Source: Octopus vulgaris
Taxonomy: Eukaryota
NCBI GenBank assembly: GCA_951406725.2
Contig: OX597818.1
Coordinates: 114,762,001-114,826,000 of the forward strand
DNA length: 64,000 bases
Reading direction: 5' to 3'
Shown here: positions 1-12,890 of the stretch, in pieces
Layout of the letters: each line of letters opens with the position of its first letter
Numbering within the stretch: the first letter of the stretch is position 1
The notes under the pieces: model-generated
Told to the model about the DNA's origin: nothing
Seen by the model: only the letters and a program-made list of their open reading frames with translations
Database searches by the model: none
Program-made: the position numbers and the translations under genes

Positions 1-5
1 TATAC

Positions 6-79
<74 letters not shown>

Positions 80-502
80 TGCGTATATAACGCTTTTATA
101 AGGGAAATAGTACAAAGAATGCAATATCATGTTTACAGAGAAAACTTTGTGATAGATGACAGACATTTTACAGAAACTAACGGCTATATATAGATGTTTT
201 CGGTGTTGTATATCGATTAAAATTGGAAAGGCTGTTAAGCGAAAACATTAGGCTTGCATCACTGAGAAGCAGACAATAATGTAACCTGTTGAGCAATACG
301 CACACACACTAACACACACACACACACACATGCACACACACACACACACACACACATACTCTTATTCTCGCACATACACACTAAAACACCTATATGATTA
401 TATATATAAAGGGCGAGAGAGGCAGGAAGAAAAAGACGTTAATATATATACATATATATACAAATATATACATACAGACACAAATTCACACACCCACACA
501 CC

Positions 503-560
<58 letters not shown>

Positions 561-653
561 CCTATACATATATGCGTATATATATATATTTATTTATATA
601 TAATCTATATACATACACATATATATTCATGCATATATACACAAACAAAGATA

Positions 654-703
<50 letters not shown>

Positions 704-1280
704 TACATTCATACACAGGCGTATATATTTACATAAATACACACATACATATATTTACGTTTGTACATATGATTGTCTGCGAGAGAACGTGTGTGGGTGT
801 GTGTGGTGGGGGTATGGGTGGGGGTTGGTGTGCGTGTGTTTGTATGTGTGCGTATATGTGTGTATGTGTGCCTGCTTATGTGTACGTGTGTGTGTGTGAG
901 TGTGTTCGTTCGTGACTGCCCTCGGTACGCGTGTGTTTTGGTTGTTGAATTACGTACCTGTGGATAAGAACATATATCAACCACGAAGCATGACGAAGTA
1001 TCCATATTGTAAACTGTTATATCAATTGGTTCTCACCTCATAACTCTGAGCATACAAAAAGTCAATACGACTCTTAAGGAGATACTTTGTTACTTGTAAA
1101 TCCACGTCTTTAAACATTTTATACAACGGTCAATTCGAAAGGTATTCCACGGAGTGTTACGCAAGCTGCTGGGACTGAAGTTCTTTAAATCAAACCTTAC
1201 CGGCTTCAGAAATAAAGGTTGCATTGGAATAAACCGTCCTCTATATTTAGAAAAAAAAAAACACCTTTGATCATAGGTGC

Positions 1281-1590
1281 GGCACTCTGTCGGTTACGAC
1301 GACGAGGTTTCCATATGATTCGATCAACGGAACAGCCTGCTCGTAAAATTAACGTGCAAGTGGCTGAGCACACCACAGACACGTGTACCCTTACCGTAGT
1401 TCTCGGGGAGATGCAGGGTAGCACAGAGTGTGACAAGGCTGGCCCTTTGAAATACAGGTACAACAGAAACAGGAAGAGTGGAAGTTGTAGTGAAAGAGTA
1501 CAGCAGGGTTCGCCACCACACCCTGCTGGAGCCTCATGGATTTTAAGGTGTTTTCGCTCAATAAACACTCACATCGCTCGGTCTGAGAAC
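1281..1590 (-). mobile_element. SINE family C copy (tRNA-Arg-like head family, probably octopus OR1-type), 5'-truncated
   Basis: Reverse complement matches the copies at 27365-27692 and 41847-42233 (gtgtttattgagcgaaaacac...cgtcgtcgtaaccgac). Confidence 0.85.
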
Positions 1591-1599
1591 CAAAACTTG

Positions 1600-1780
1600 C
1601 TTAAGTCATTAGGCTTCGGCCATGTTGGAGCAGTGTCTTCAAGAATTTATTGTCGAATGAATTGAATCCAGTACTTAACTACTTTTAAGTTTGGTATATA
1701 TTCTATCGGTAACTTTAGCCAAACCGCTAGGTTACGGAGTGGTAAACATTAACAGCAGTAATGAGGGAAAACATAGACAC

Positions 1781-1819
<39 letters not shown>

Positions 1820-1985
1820 TATATATATGAATTTGCGACAGGCTTCTTTTAGTTTCCGCCTACCAAATCCACTCACATGGCTTTGGTCAGCCCGAGGCTA
1901 TAGTAGACGACACTTGCACAAGATGCTACGCAGTGGGAGTGAACCCGTAACCATTTGGTTGGGAAGCAAGCTACACTTGTGCCTC
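1600..1985 (-). mobile_element. SINE family A copy (degenerate) with internal (CA)n
   Basis: Reverse complement of the family A sequence (ccaaatccactcac...ggctatagtaga...gcagtggga). Confidence 0.8.
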
Positions 1986-2001
1986 ATAAAAAAATAAATA
2001 T

Positions 2002-2165
2002 AGGCGCAGGAATGGCTGTGTGGTAAGTAGCTTGCTTACCAACCACGTGGTTCCGGTTTAAGTCCCACTGTATGGGATCTTCGTGAAGTGTCTTCTACTA
2101 TAGCCTCGAGCCGACCAAAAGCCAATGAGTGCATTTGGTATACGGAGACTGAAAGACATCTGCCG

Positions 2166-2232
<67 letters not shown>

Positions 2233-2435
2233 CTGTTCTTGTTCCCCCAACATCGCTTGACAACTGATGTTGGTATGTTTACCTCCCCGTAACTTAGCGA
2301 TTCGGCAAAAGAGACCGATGGAATAAGTACTAGGCTTACAAAAATTAAGTCCTCGCTTCGACTTGCTCGACTAAAGGCGTTGCTCCAGCATGGCAGCAAT
2401 CAAATGACTGCAATAAGTAAAAGAGTAAAAGAGTA
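2002..2435 (+). mobile_element. SINE family A, full length (probably octopus OK-type), tRNA-like head, internal (TA)n(TG)n, (GTAAAAGA)n tail
   Basis: A-box-like tggctgtgtggtaag and B-box-like ggtttaagtccc; closely similar to copies at 9817, 35839, 56796 and 59706. Confidence 0.9.
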
Positions 2436-2927
2436 AATTTATACCTACACCTATATTTCGAAAGATAATGATCAACATATGTCTTATTAGTACCTTTGTA
2501 TATTATACCTGATTATATAACAAAAATTATTTCTAATCCAAAATTAGTAAAGCTTTGAAACCCTAAGATCAATAAAGGCTGTATAATGCGCAATTAACTT
2601 TTGTCAGCAATTTTTCATCAAAAAGCACCATAAGAAACTGTTGTGTGATAAAGCCATGCACTTTCTGAAGAGTCCTACCAATTTTCTGTCAATTTTTAAA
2701 ATTCAACAGGTTGTATCATTGGTTTTCGTACTATATATCTTTTAATTGTGACAGATATTCTATGCGTGTGTGTGTGTGTGTGTATGTGTGTGTGTGTGTG
2801 TGCATGTGTGTATATGTGTGTGTATGTGTGTGTGTATGTGCGTGTGTGTGTGTGTATGTGTGCGTATGTGTGTGTATGTGTGTGTGTGTGTATGTGTGTG
2901 TATGTGTGTATATGTGTGTGTATGTGC

Positions 2928-2981
<54 letters not shown>

Positions 2982-2984
2982 ATG

Positions 2985-3023
<39 letters not shown>

Positions 3024-3309
3024 TTAAAGAAACATTAATCCTTGGATGGAATTTATAAACATTTAATCCATCGTTTCGCGCGTTTCCACAAATCACATGT
3101 CTCTTAATATCCCATTCCATATTCCTGGGCTGATTGCAGTGTAGTCCGTAGTATTCGTGGGTATCGGGTAGATCATCTTCGTGGATTCATTTCTTCAGGC
3201 GATATAACATTAATGGATAAACAGGGGTTTGTTTATCCTATTTGAGCAATACGAAGGTTGAGTTCAACAACGCTAACAGCCAACGAGGCCACACACACAT
3301 ATATTCAAA

Positions 3310-4200
3310 TGCGTGGAGCTGTTCTTAGTACTTTGAACATTAATTTCAGAAATATATAGTGTAGATATCTCTTGGGATTTCCTAGCGAGCTACTTGGTGT
3401 ACAAGCTTAAGGAAATTGTCATAAAATCTACTGCTTGCTGGCAGATAGACGCTCTTTCTTTCTAGATCTTCTTGGAAGACTAGCTAATTTGAAGTCCTGT
3501 AGCATTGACTCTAATGCTGACGTGACGCGCTTATTTTCTTCGCAGTAGCTTCAAGTACAGTGTCGTGTTTAGTCCCGTGATCATTTCGCTGACAAACACA
3601 ATATAGGCATTGTAGAACAATTTGCATCGTCCACTGTTGAAGGACCTTGTCATCAGGGATCACATTAAGCTGGTTACTTTCATCCTATTCTTCTGACAAT
3701 TCATCTGTTTTCCTATTGTCGTATACCCATCATATCTTGTATCTGAAATCTCCTGTCACAAATTTCCGTTTTTCAGATGATGATTTCACGCATTAAAAGA
3801 TGTAGTTCATGATTTTCAACCATTGTAACTCCTCAGATCTCCACGATTAGTACTTCAATGTTAGTTTTCTCGTTCATTGATGTTGATTTGGCGATTATCT
3901 CATTTTTAGCTATGATGAGTCTACTGTATTTTTCCTATGACATTTTTATGAAGATTATTTTACCTTCTGCACAAGGGCGAGGGTATTTTCAACCCCGTTT
4001 TCAACCACAGTTGGTTTCTTGTCGCACAAAATATCACAATCATAATCTTTGCATAATTTTGAAACAAATCCTTCTTTAATTGCAGGCAGCCCTTCAATGT
4101 TCAGCGATATAATTTCAACTGCTGGTCTTCGAAACTGGCACTGGTCTTTCTCACCTTGCTCCAGTCTGAAGGTCTTCTAGCACCTGTTGAGTTTCTTTAC
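3310..4200 (-). mobile_element. Degenerate Vingi/Ingi-type LINE, APE endonuclease region
   Basis: Minus-strand translation gives EIISLNIEGLPAIKEGFVSKLCKDYDCDILC (APE N-terminus), SFNSGRCKLFYNAYIVFVS (cf. SFNSxRW...YNPDLxFVS) and YDNFLKLVHQVAR*EIPRDIYTIYI, with stops and frameshifts. Confidence 0.75.
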
Positions 4201-4435
4201 ATCGTTATCTTTCAATGCAGCTTGAATTGTTTAGTAGTATTACCCGCATGTAATATCAGGTGTTACATGGTAGAGATCGTGACCTGGGCGCTTGGTCCCC
4301 AGACCTGCAAGTGAACACCAGTCTGATATTGCCTTTCATAATTCAATGACTTGCTAATCAATCTCCCGTCCTACTGTAAACCACACAAAGCGTAACCGAC
4401 GCCGTACGCACTACGCACACTCATATTTTTATACA

Positions 4436-5030
4436 CTAGCAGAAAAGCCGCCCACCGTGGGGTTTTCTGCTGGTGTATTTCTTGCGCACATTGATATTAT
4501 ATATACACATAGATATGATACGTAAATTATAGAGTAAATTGACAATATATTCATGAATTGAACAATGACTCTGTTATAGTTTATTCTGTAATCAGTAAAA
4601 TAATCCAGGATTCATTTAAAAAAGACGATAATGGAAATTGGAAAAGAGATAAGACTCTCAAGGGAAAATGTTCATGAATCTTCACTTGAGTGAATTTGAA
4701 AATAGATTCTCTGGTGGGAATTAATGAATTACATTTACCAATACGAAGAGTTGAGTTTTGCTATATTGTTCTTTCATTATATTCCCTTATAGACGTCTTA
4801 AGTGTTTCTAGTGTCCTTTTCATAGCAATTAAAAATGAATTTAAATACATTCCAATTAAAAGAGAGTAATGAATGTCTCATATCACTGTAGAATATTTTG
4901 GCAGTCACAACTGTCAGTAAATGAACCTTTTTCATTTATCTGGGTTAATATTTTTATATTTTCTTACCTTGACGCTCTTCATAATACCACATACATCTGA
5001 CCATTTGCGAAGAATTGTATTGGGAGATGA
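4436..5030 (-). mobile_element. Helitron 3' remnant (Pif1 helicase C-terminus, hairpin, CTAG end)
   Basis: Minus translation HLPIQFFANGQMYVVL*RASR*ENIKIL resembles FSHGQLYVALSR...NLKIL. The minus strand ends with a cccacggtggg hairpin then CTAG|T at 4439-4435. Confidence 0.75.
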
Positions 5031-6310
5031 TATTATTGACTAAATAACTTCAAGATGGTATCCCAGCATGACTGCCGTCTAACCCAATTTGATAACATAA
5101 TTCTATTAGATAAGGATTATTGTTTTTACACTACGCAATATTTTTGAAAATAATTTACTCACTTGTATTGTTGTTGTTGATTTTTCGCTTTATTACAATT
5201 TTACGAACGTTATTTGTTTACAAATAGAATTCAAACGGAAGTTGACATTTAAAACAGAAGCGAATGTTGTAATAGTAAGCATTATAATTCATGTTTAATA
5301 TACAAGTAAACTTTATAGTTTAAAAATATTTTAATATTCATTTATAATTTCTTCAAAGTAATATGACATTTTTAATGACGTGTGAAAACAAAATGGACAC
5401 AGTCCCGCACTTCTTCGTTCATTTTGATGTTGATAAACATACATATTTGCATATAACAGTGACAAACGAAATATACACATCCGGAAGTTGTTGTTGTTGA
5501 CAAACAACGGCAGTAATTTTATTCAGCTGAATACGCGTCATTGATTGGTTGAAATTGCCGAAATACGACAACTTTAAAATGAAATAACTGCGTAGATATG
5601 AACTCTTCTCAAAAACGCTAAGAGTAAAAGATATTTTATATGCCACATTCTAAAAGTATACGAAATTTGAAAGTATTTAGTTACAAAAAATTATTTTCTA
5701 AATCTGCCGGTCAAAAGGTAAATATCCACATACATATATGAATGCATATGTATTTATCTAAATATGCAGGCAGTGTAGAAACGATCCTCAGTATAGAGAA
5801 AAGAAATGTATTTCCACGCAGGAAAGATTACAGTAAAGTTAATTATGGGGGTTGAAAATGTCTTAAAAATGATTACAGCTTTTAAATTTTGTAGCAAATT
5901 TCTTATTATACGAAGCCGGCTGCAAAAATGTTTTTGTTTTTCAATGGTAAATAGAAAAAACGTTTGCGGTAGATTGAATGTATAAGGGAAAATTCGGAAA
6001 AACATCCTTAAAAAAAAATCATTTGTTCATACAAATCCCAATAATCCATAAATTTCACAGACAGACAATAATAAAAGTTCAAATATTCGATGAATTTCAT
6101 ATCCGTTATATGTAACTGAAAGTTCAGTAACATTGAGTTGTGTTAACGCTTAAACACAATGAATTTTTAAAAGTGTAAGAAAGAAAAAAAACAGAAAGAA
6201 TTTTTCTTTTTGACACTTTCGGTCGTAGTACATGAAGATCCTTCGGATTCTTCGTTGTTGGTTTTGCTGGTAAGAGCTCGAAAGGTTTTAAGATGAGATT
6301 GCTTCAGATA

Positions 6311-6940
<630 letters not shown>

Positions 6941-7605
6941 TTTCTGATATAGGTTCAAGTTTTTGGATACAGGTTCAACTTTGAATTGGTTATAAATTTA
7001 ATTACGTCAGTTGCTCTGCCCGCCTCTGGTCAAGTATTTCGCTTAGCCGACTGTCTGATTATGTCAATTGTCTCTTGGATGTTCAAACTTTGATTTGGCA
7101 GTAGTCTAGCGTTCTAGTTGGCGGACTTACTAGTGGCGTCATTTGTTTATCGACTGTTTTTTTAATTTTTTTCTACTAGTAGGGATCCGGTACTCTAGTT
7201 GATTGAATTCCTGAATACTTCATTTGTTCGCTGAAGATCTTCACAACTTGTTTCCGTCCGACAGTGGTGCACCGTTCCGTTTGGTTGATTCCCTTAAGAA
7301 GCTGCTGGTCTTCGTCAGCTCAATGTTTAAGCATTCAGCTGACCGAGACATTTGAAATTCTATTATTCTCTATCGCTGAAGAATTTATTGAATATTGGAA
7401 TTTGTATGAACATTTAACTTTGAAAGTATGTTCTTTTTTAGAATTTTCACTTCTGTCGACAAACTTTTTCATTTACCATTGAAAAACGAAAAAAATGATT
7501 GAAACTGGTTTGCTATTGTAATATGTTTTTTACAAAGCTTTAAAATTACAACTTATTTTATGACTCACTGCATTTCAAATCTCAAAAGGAATTCTACTAT
7601 ATATA

Positions 7606-7627
7606 AATAATAATAATAATAATGATG

Positions 7628-7725
<98 letters not shown>

Positions 7726-7735
7726 GATAATAATA
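7606..7735. repeat. (AAT)n microsatellite
   Basis: Direct reading. Confidence 0.95.
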
Positions 7736-7824
7736 TGAGGGAATATTATTCCAAACTTACAGGGAAAAATTCAATTTAGAAATACTAAATCAAATTTCAC
7801 AAAATATAATATAATATAATATAT

Positions 7825-8009
7825 AATATTGAAAAGTTAAATTATACCATTTAGAAAAATTATATCTTATAGAAAGATTAAATATAAGATAAACATATAA
7901 CAATGAATATTATTTTGCACATTACTTAATCATCGTTATATGTTTTATCTTATATTTAATCTTTCTATACGTAATTTTTCTAAATGGTATAATTTAATTT
8001 TTCATTATT
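7825..8009. repeat. Imperfect AT-rich inverted repeat (foldback, ~80-bp arms)
   Basis: aaattataccatttagaaaaatta...tagaaagattaaatataagataaacatataac is mirrored by gttatatgttttatcttatatttaatctttcta...taatttttctaaatggtataattt. Confidence 0.85.
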
Positions 8010-8071
8010 GAACTGATAAAAGGTGGGGGGCTTTTTTCTAATATATAATATATATATATACATTACACGAG

Positions 8072-8362
8072 AGGACGCATGGCTTACTGGTTAGGATGCT
8101 GTACTTACGATCGCGAGATGGTGGTTTCAATCTCTAGACAAGGTGGTGTGTTGTGTTCATGAGAAAAATACGCCATCTTAAGTTGCTCTGGGATCTCAGC
8201 GACACCTGACGCATGGTACGCTGTGTACCTGTGTGGGCAACGCCGATTTGAAGGAGAGAGTGAGATAATGTACAGCGCAAATATTTCATTGCTATAAACA
8301 GATCATAGTTGCAAGTCGTTCGGGAAAAACTGAACGCGCGTCGACTTCGACGGGAGAATCTG
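8072..8362 (+). mobile_element. Older tRNA-derived SINE (family E)
   Basis: tRNA-like head ggacgcatggcttactggttagg...ggtttcaatctc followed by a CORE-like gtgttgtgttcatgag segment; the body differs from families A-D. Confidence 0.55.
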
Positions 8363-8367
8363 TCATG

Positions 8368-8433
<66 letters not shown>

Positions 8434-8454
8434 GTGTGTGTGTGTGCAGTGTGT

Positions 8455-8685
8455 GTGTGTGTTTGTATGTCTGTATTTGTCCCCTCCAACATCGCTTGAC
8501 AACCGATGTTGGTGTGTTTACGTCCCCGTAACTTAGCGGTTCGGCAAAAGAGACCGATTGAATAAGTACAAGGCTTACAAAGAATAAGTACTGGGGTCAA
8601 TTTGCTCAACTAAAGGCGGTGCTCCAGCATGGCCGCAGTCAAATGGCTGAAACAAGTGAAAGAGCAAAGTGAAAGAGTAAAGAGT
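8455..8685 (+). mobile_element. SINE family A 3' half
   Basis: tgtatttgtcccctccaacatcgcttgacaaccg...ggccgcagtcaaatggctgaaacaagt. Confidence 0.85.
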
Positions 8686-8699
8686 ATATCAAAAGAATG

Positions 8700-10680
8700 T
8701 GTTATGATATTATTCCTCATATGCAAAAACAACCATACCAACAATCCAACATACCTCCGTCATCAGCTGCGCCACGGATATCCTTGCGGTTTCGACACCT
8801 GGGCAGTAGCATTCAATCTGGCGTATCAATAGCTCTAAACTAAGTGTTGCTTGGGAACAAATATACCAAAGAAACCACAACTTTCAAACACATTTGCCTT
8901 CTGTACAACCGTATCGGTAAATAAAGTCAATAAGTAAACCTATAACCAACCCCCAAATACGTAACTCAACAGCGACCAATTCTTTAAGTCATACAAAATA
9001 TATTCCCGACCGTCTTCCATAGAATTAATATATAAGTGAAAGCTTAATAACCACATTCATTTAATCTAAATATAGAAATTAAACACTAAAATTAAAATTA
9101 AACTGCAAGAAAGAAACACATAAACCTATGTACATCTGCATCAGCATTTATTGTAAAGCTGCAATAATTAAATTATAAGCTAAATAGCAACTAATCTTTA
9201 AGACTATACAAATAATAATCTCACCAGTCTTCCATTGTTACTACTATAATAAAAAAATATGAAAGCTTTATATAATTCTCTCCAAAGCAAAACAAACACG
9301 ACTGAATCTAATTTAACGAATAATCAAATAATTATGAGTGATAATAATAATTATGTAGCGTTAATAATATAACAGTACATACTCATTAATATATATTTTA
9401 CCCTATAATGTTAAATTACCAGTAATCCTTAATTTTAAATTGCCAGTAACTAATAGAAACATTTAATTTCATTAAATAGGAACTAATAAAGATATACTTG
9501 TAATTAACAATTATTATAAAACCTTGCTACGATTAAAGCTAAAATAAACTATTTAAAATATAATAAAACTACAAAGTATTAGCACTTACATGTTTTCTCA
9601 GACACGCAGTTCCATGACGAAGAACTTACAAGACTCTCTTAACTATTAATGACGTAGTGCTTAATTACGACTTCCTCAATTGTCTCAAACAATATTGGTG
9701 ACGTAGTAGGCAAATAACTTGAATCGTAAACATTCTAAACCTTTACAAATATTTGTTCAGTCGAAGACTAGATACTACCCCATATTTATTTCAAATTTCA
9801 AGTTTCCTACCTAAATAGGAGTGGCTGTGTGGTAAGTAGCTTGCTAACCAATCACATTGTTCCGGGTTCAGTCCCACTGCGTGGCATCTTGGGCAAGTGT
9901 CTTCTGCTATAGCCCCGGGCCGACCAATGCCTTGTGAGTGGATTTGGTAGACGGAAACTGAAAGAAGCCTGTCGTATATATGTATATATATATATGTGTG
10001 TATGTGTTTGTGTGTTTGTGTTTGTCCCCCTAGCATTGCTTGACAACCGATGCCGGTGTGTTTACGTCACCGTCACTTAGCGGTTCGGCAAAAGAGACCG
10101 ATAGAATAAGTACTGGGCTTACAAAGAATAAGTCCCGGAGTCGATTTGCTCGACTAAAAAAGGCGGTGCTCCAGCATGGCCGCAGTCAAATGACTGAAAC
10201 AAGTAAAAGAGTAAAAGAGTAAAAGAGTATATCTATATCCTTGTTTTACCAAATGTCTTAGCAGTTTATTTATTCTTTCCAAAATTTATTAGCATCATTA
10301 ATAATAGTACTATATCTGATAATTTGCCCTGCAAAAACACCATAACCAATAAAAAAGGAATTCTAATACTAAACCATGGTACTGAAGCCACTTGGAAACC
10401 AAAATCTTTTGTTTTATTATAATTGTTAGTACATATTTCATTATTATCCTTAATTACTAAATAGTAATTACTAAATTTACATCTAAATAATTAATTCCTG
10501 AACTGTTATAAATTTTATCAAAATATTTTTTAAATATGTTCTAACAACTTTTAACGTATCATTAACCAATACAGATAGCTGTTTATTTGTACAATTACTA
10601 CCTCTTGCTAGGAATCTACTTTAAAAGGAACTTTATTATGTAATTTAGGAATCCCCAAAAGTTTAGGAATATTTTTATCC
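8700..10680 (-). mobile_element. Penelope-like element remnant (RT fragments 10232-10678 plus putative 3' region), split by a SINE
   Basis: Minus translation [17 protein letters not shown] / RFLARGSNCTNKQLSVLVNDTLKVV / YFDKIYNSSGINY, then YLDVNLVI...NYNKTKDFGFQVASVPW...GYGVFAGQIIRY...LVKQGY, matching PLE RT motifs (IPKLHK, YLDL, YDKRDDF, YGVYISQLIRY, QGY). The extent of the 3' region is inferred. Confidence 0.7.
9817..10228 (+). mobile_element. SINE family A, young full-length copy inserted in the PLE remnant
   Basis: Near-identical to the 59706 copy; (gtaaaaga)n tail. Confidence 0.92.
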
Positions 10681-10763
10681 TTTTCTTCGTATACATATAT
10701 ATACATACATACTTACACACACATACATACACACACAGATATATATATATATATATCTATATA

Positions 10764-10807
<44 letters not shown>

Positions 10808-10879
10808 AACGTATATAAACAATACTGATCAACAATAATGTTAATTGCCCGTGGGAATTCTACGAGCTCATTATGAACG

Positions 10880-11595
10880 AAGAGAAGGAATTGAAAATAC
10901 ATTCAGATATAAAAATCCAATAGCATACAATAAGAAACGACAGACAAGTGAAATCATCATTTAATACTTGAGGTACAAGTCTGGTGATTACCAAATGTTG
11001 TTCACCGGCTATCGCTGCTATAACACTTCCCCTTCAACACCGTCAACAAATGTGTCGACTAAATAAACAAACAACGACATAAATTTGAAGGTGAACAAGC
11101 AGGACCCCATTCCATAAATATCAGATTTTCGTAAAAGAAATAAATTTTTTTGCGTTATTAAGTGTAATTGTCTAATTCTTGTTTCTTGATGTTGCGTAGA
11201 ATGTATGTGAGGGTGTGGGGGGGATGGGCTGTGTAGCTTCCGCACAGTAAGAAATAAAACATCGCCAGAAATTTATCAGGTTGAAAAGTTCTCTTAACTT
11301 CCGTAGAAAATGAAGAAACAGGAAAATCAAGCATAGCTTTCACTTTCTCGTTGACATGAGGAATTCTTTACTATTTAAGACGTTTCGGAGAATCGATAAA
11401 GTTTAACCTCCACACAAACATTTGATATGAAAATCTTTGTTAAGTCAGTCGTTCAAATAGTGAGTAAAGATGTCCTTCGTGGTCATCTTCAGATTTGCTA
11501 CCGACTAATAGATCCTCCACGAAAGCGTAAAAGAAAGGCAAACCGCGCTACGGAACATGTCGATGAGACGTTGGAGAGTTTGTGCAGCGTAAACA
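10880..11595 (-). mobile_element. Highly decayed Gypsy/Ty3 RT (to RNase H) fossil
   Basis: Minus translation AAQTLQRLID...YAFVEDLLVGSKSEDDHEGHLYSLFERL and EKVKAMLDFP...LINFWRCFISYCAEATQPI, cf. NAAQTFQR...AYIDDLLIAS...HL and KVxAIxxFP...NFYRRFIP. Confidence 0.7.
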
Positions 11596-11773
11596 CACTT
11601 AAGTAGTGTCATGTCTGCGTTATTGAAGGCGGAAGTAGCTCTGCCTATATACATATATGCATATATACATATATGCATATACATATATGCATATATCCAA
11701 AGATGCCTATATACGTCCAGATATATACGTACATGTACTCACTCTCTCTATCACTGTTTCTCTCTGTCTCTCA

Positions 11774-11811
<38 letters not shown>

Positions 11812-11879
11812 TACATAGACACACACTCATTTACGTGGAGGGTTTTCTTTGTATGTATGAATAATTGCGCGAGAGAGAA

Positions 11880-11910
<31 letters not shown>

Positions 11911-11929
11911 AAGAGAGTGTGTTTGTGTG

Positions 11930-11965
<36 letters not shown>

Positions 11966-12086
11966 TGCGTGTAGTCGTGCGTGTATTTACGCTCATACAA
12001 AGATTTCCTATTTACATTTGAAGTATATCCCAATGACTTTTATAATTTTCCCTAAGATACTTCCACACGTACATATATATGCATAC

Positions 12087-12197
<111 letters not shown>

Positions 12198-12571
12198 TGA
12201 GTTGGAGACAGGCATATATACTATAAGCGAAGTACAGTAGTGTTCATACTTTAACCAAGCTTCCTTAATGAAGTTAACGAACAGTGACATTTTGCTTCTC
12301 TGAATTTCAGTAATGAGACGAGACAGTGTCTAGAATGTCAGTGAAATGTTGGTCGTTTGCCAGTGTTAAATAGGAAAAAATCAGACTACGGTTTGTAGCA
12401 AACAATAACTCCGTTTTATCGTCATTATTCCAATTATGTATAAGTCTATAGAAATCGACAGATGAGACACCGAACTGCACTGTGGGTATTTTGGTAAATC
12501 CCAAAGGAAAAATTGATTCTTATGAATTAAAATCCTTTGCTTTGGTCAGTTTTTAATAAACATTTATGACA

Positions 12572-12890
12572 TGCGTAGATGTGACTATGTGGCAAAAAGC
12601 TTTGTTCCCAACCACAGGGTCCAGGGTTCAGTCCCACTGCAGGGTAAATTGAGCAAGTACTTTGTAGTATAGCCTTGGGCGACCAAAGCTTCGCGAATGG
12701 ATTTAGTTGAAAGTAAACCGAAAGAAACCCGTGGTATATATTTATCTATGTATGTGTATGTGTGTCTTTGTGTCCGTGTTTGACCCCACTACCGCTTGAC
12801 GATCGGTATTTGTGTGGATACGTCTTCGTAACTTAGACGTTCGGCAAAAGGCCTATGGAAAAAAGTACCGGGCTTAAAAAAAAAGTACTA
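12572..12890 (+). mobile_element. Old diverged SINE family A copy
   Basis: gggttcagtcccactgc...gaccaaagc...ttcggcaaaag motifs retained. Confidence 0.7.

Noticed and set aside
5112-5728. Possible non-autonomous DNA transposon
   Set aside because: Terminal inverted similarity is too weak and there is no second copy in the window.
8700-9710. Solo LTR with PBS (tgtt...aaca then ttggtgacg), or a NUMT
   Set aside because: There is no TSD, no convincing tRNA complement and no recognisable mitochondrial gene; it is better explained as the 3' region of the adjacent PLE.
12307-12504. Non-repetitive 65-aa ORF; similarly 24354-24557 and 53122-53355
   Set aside because: No recognisable homology and no convincing flanking splice sites.
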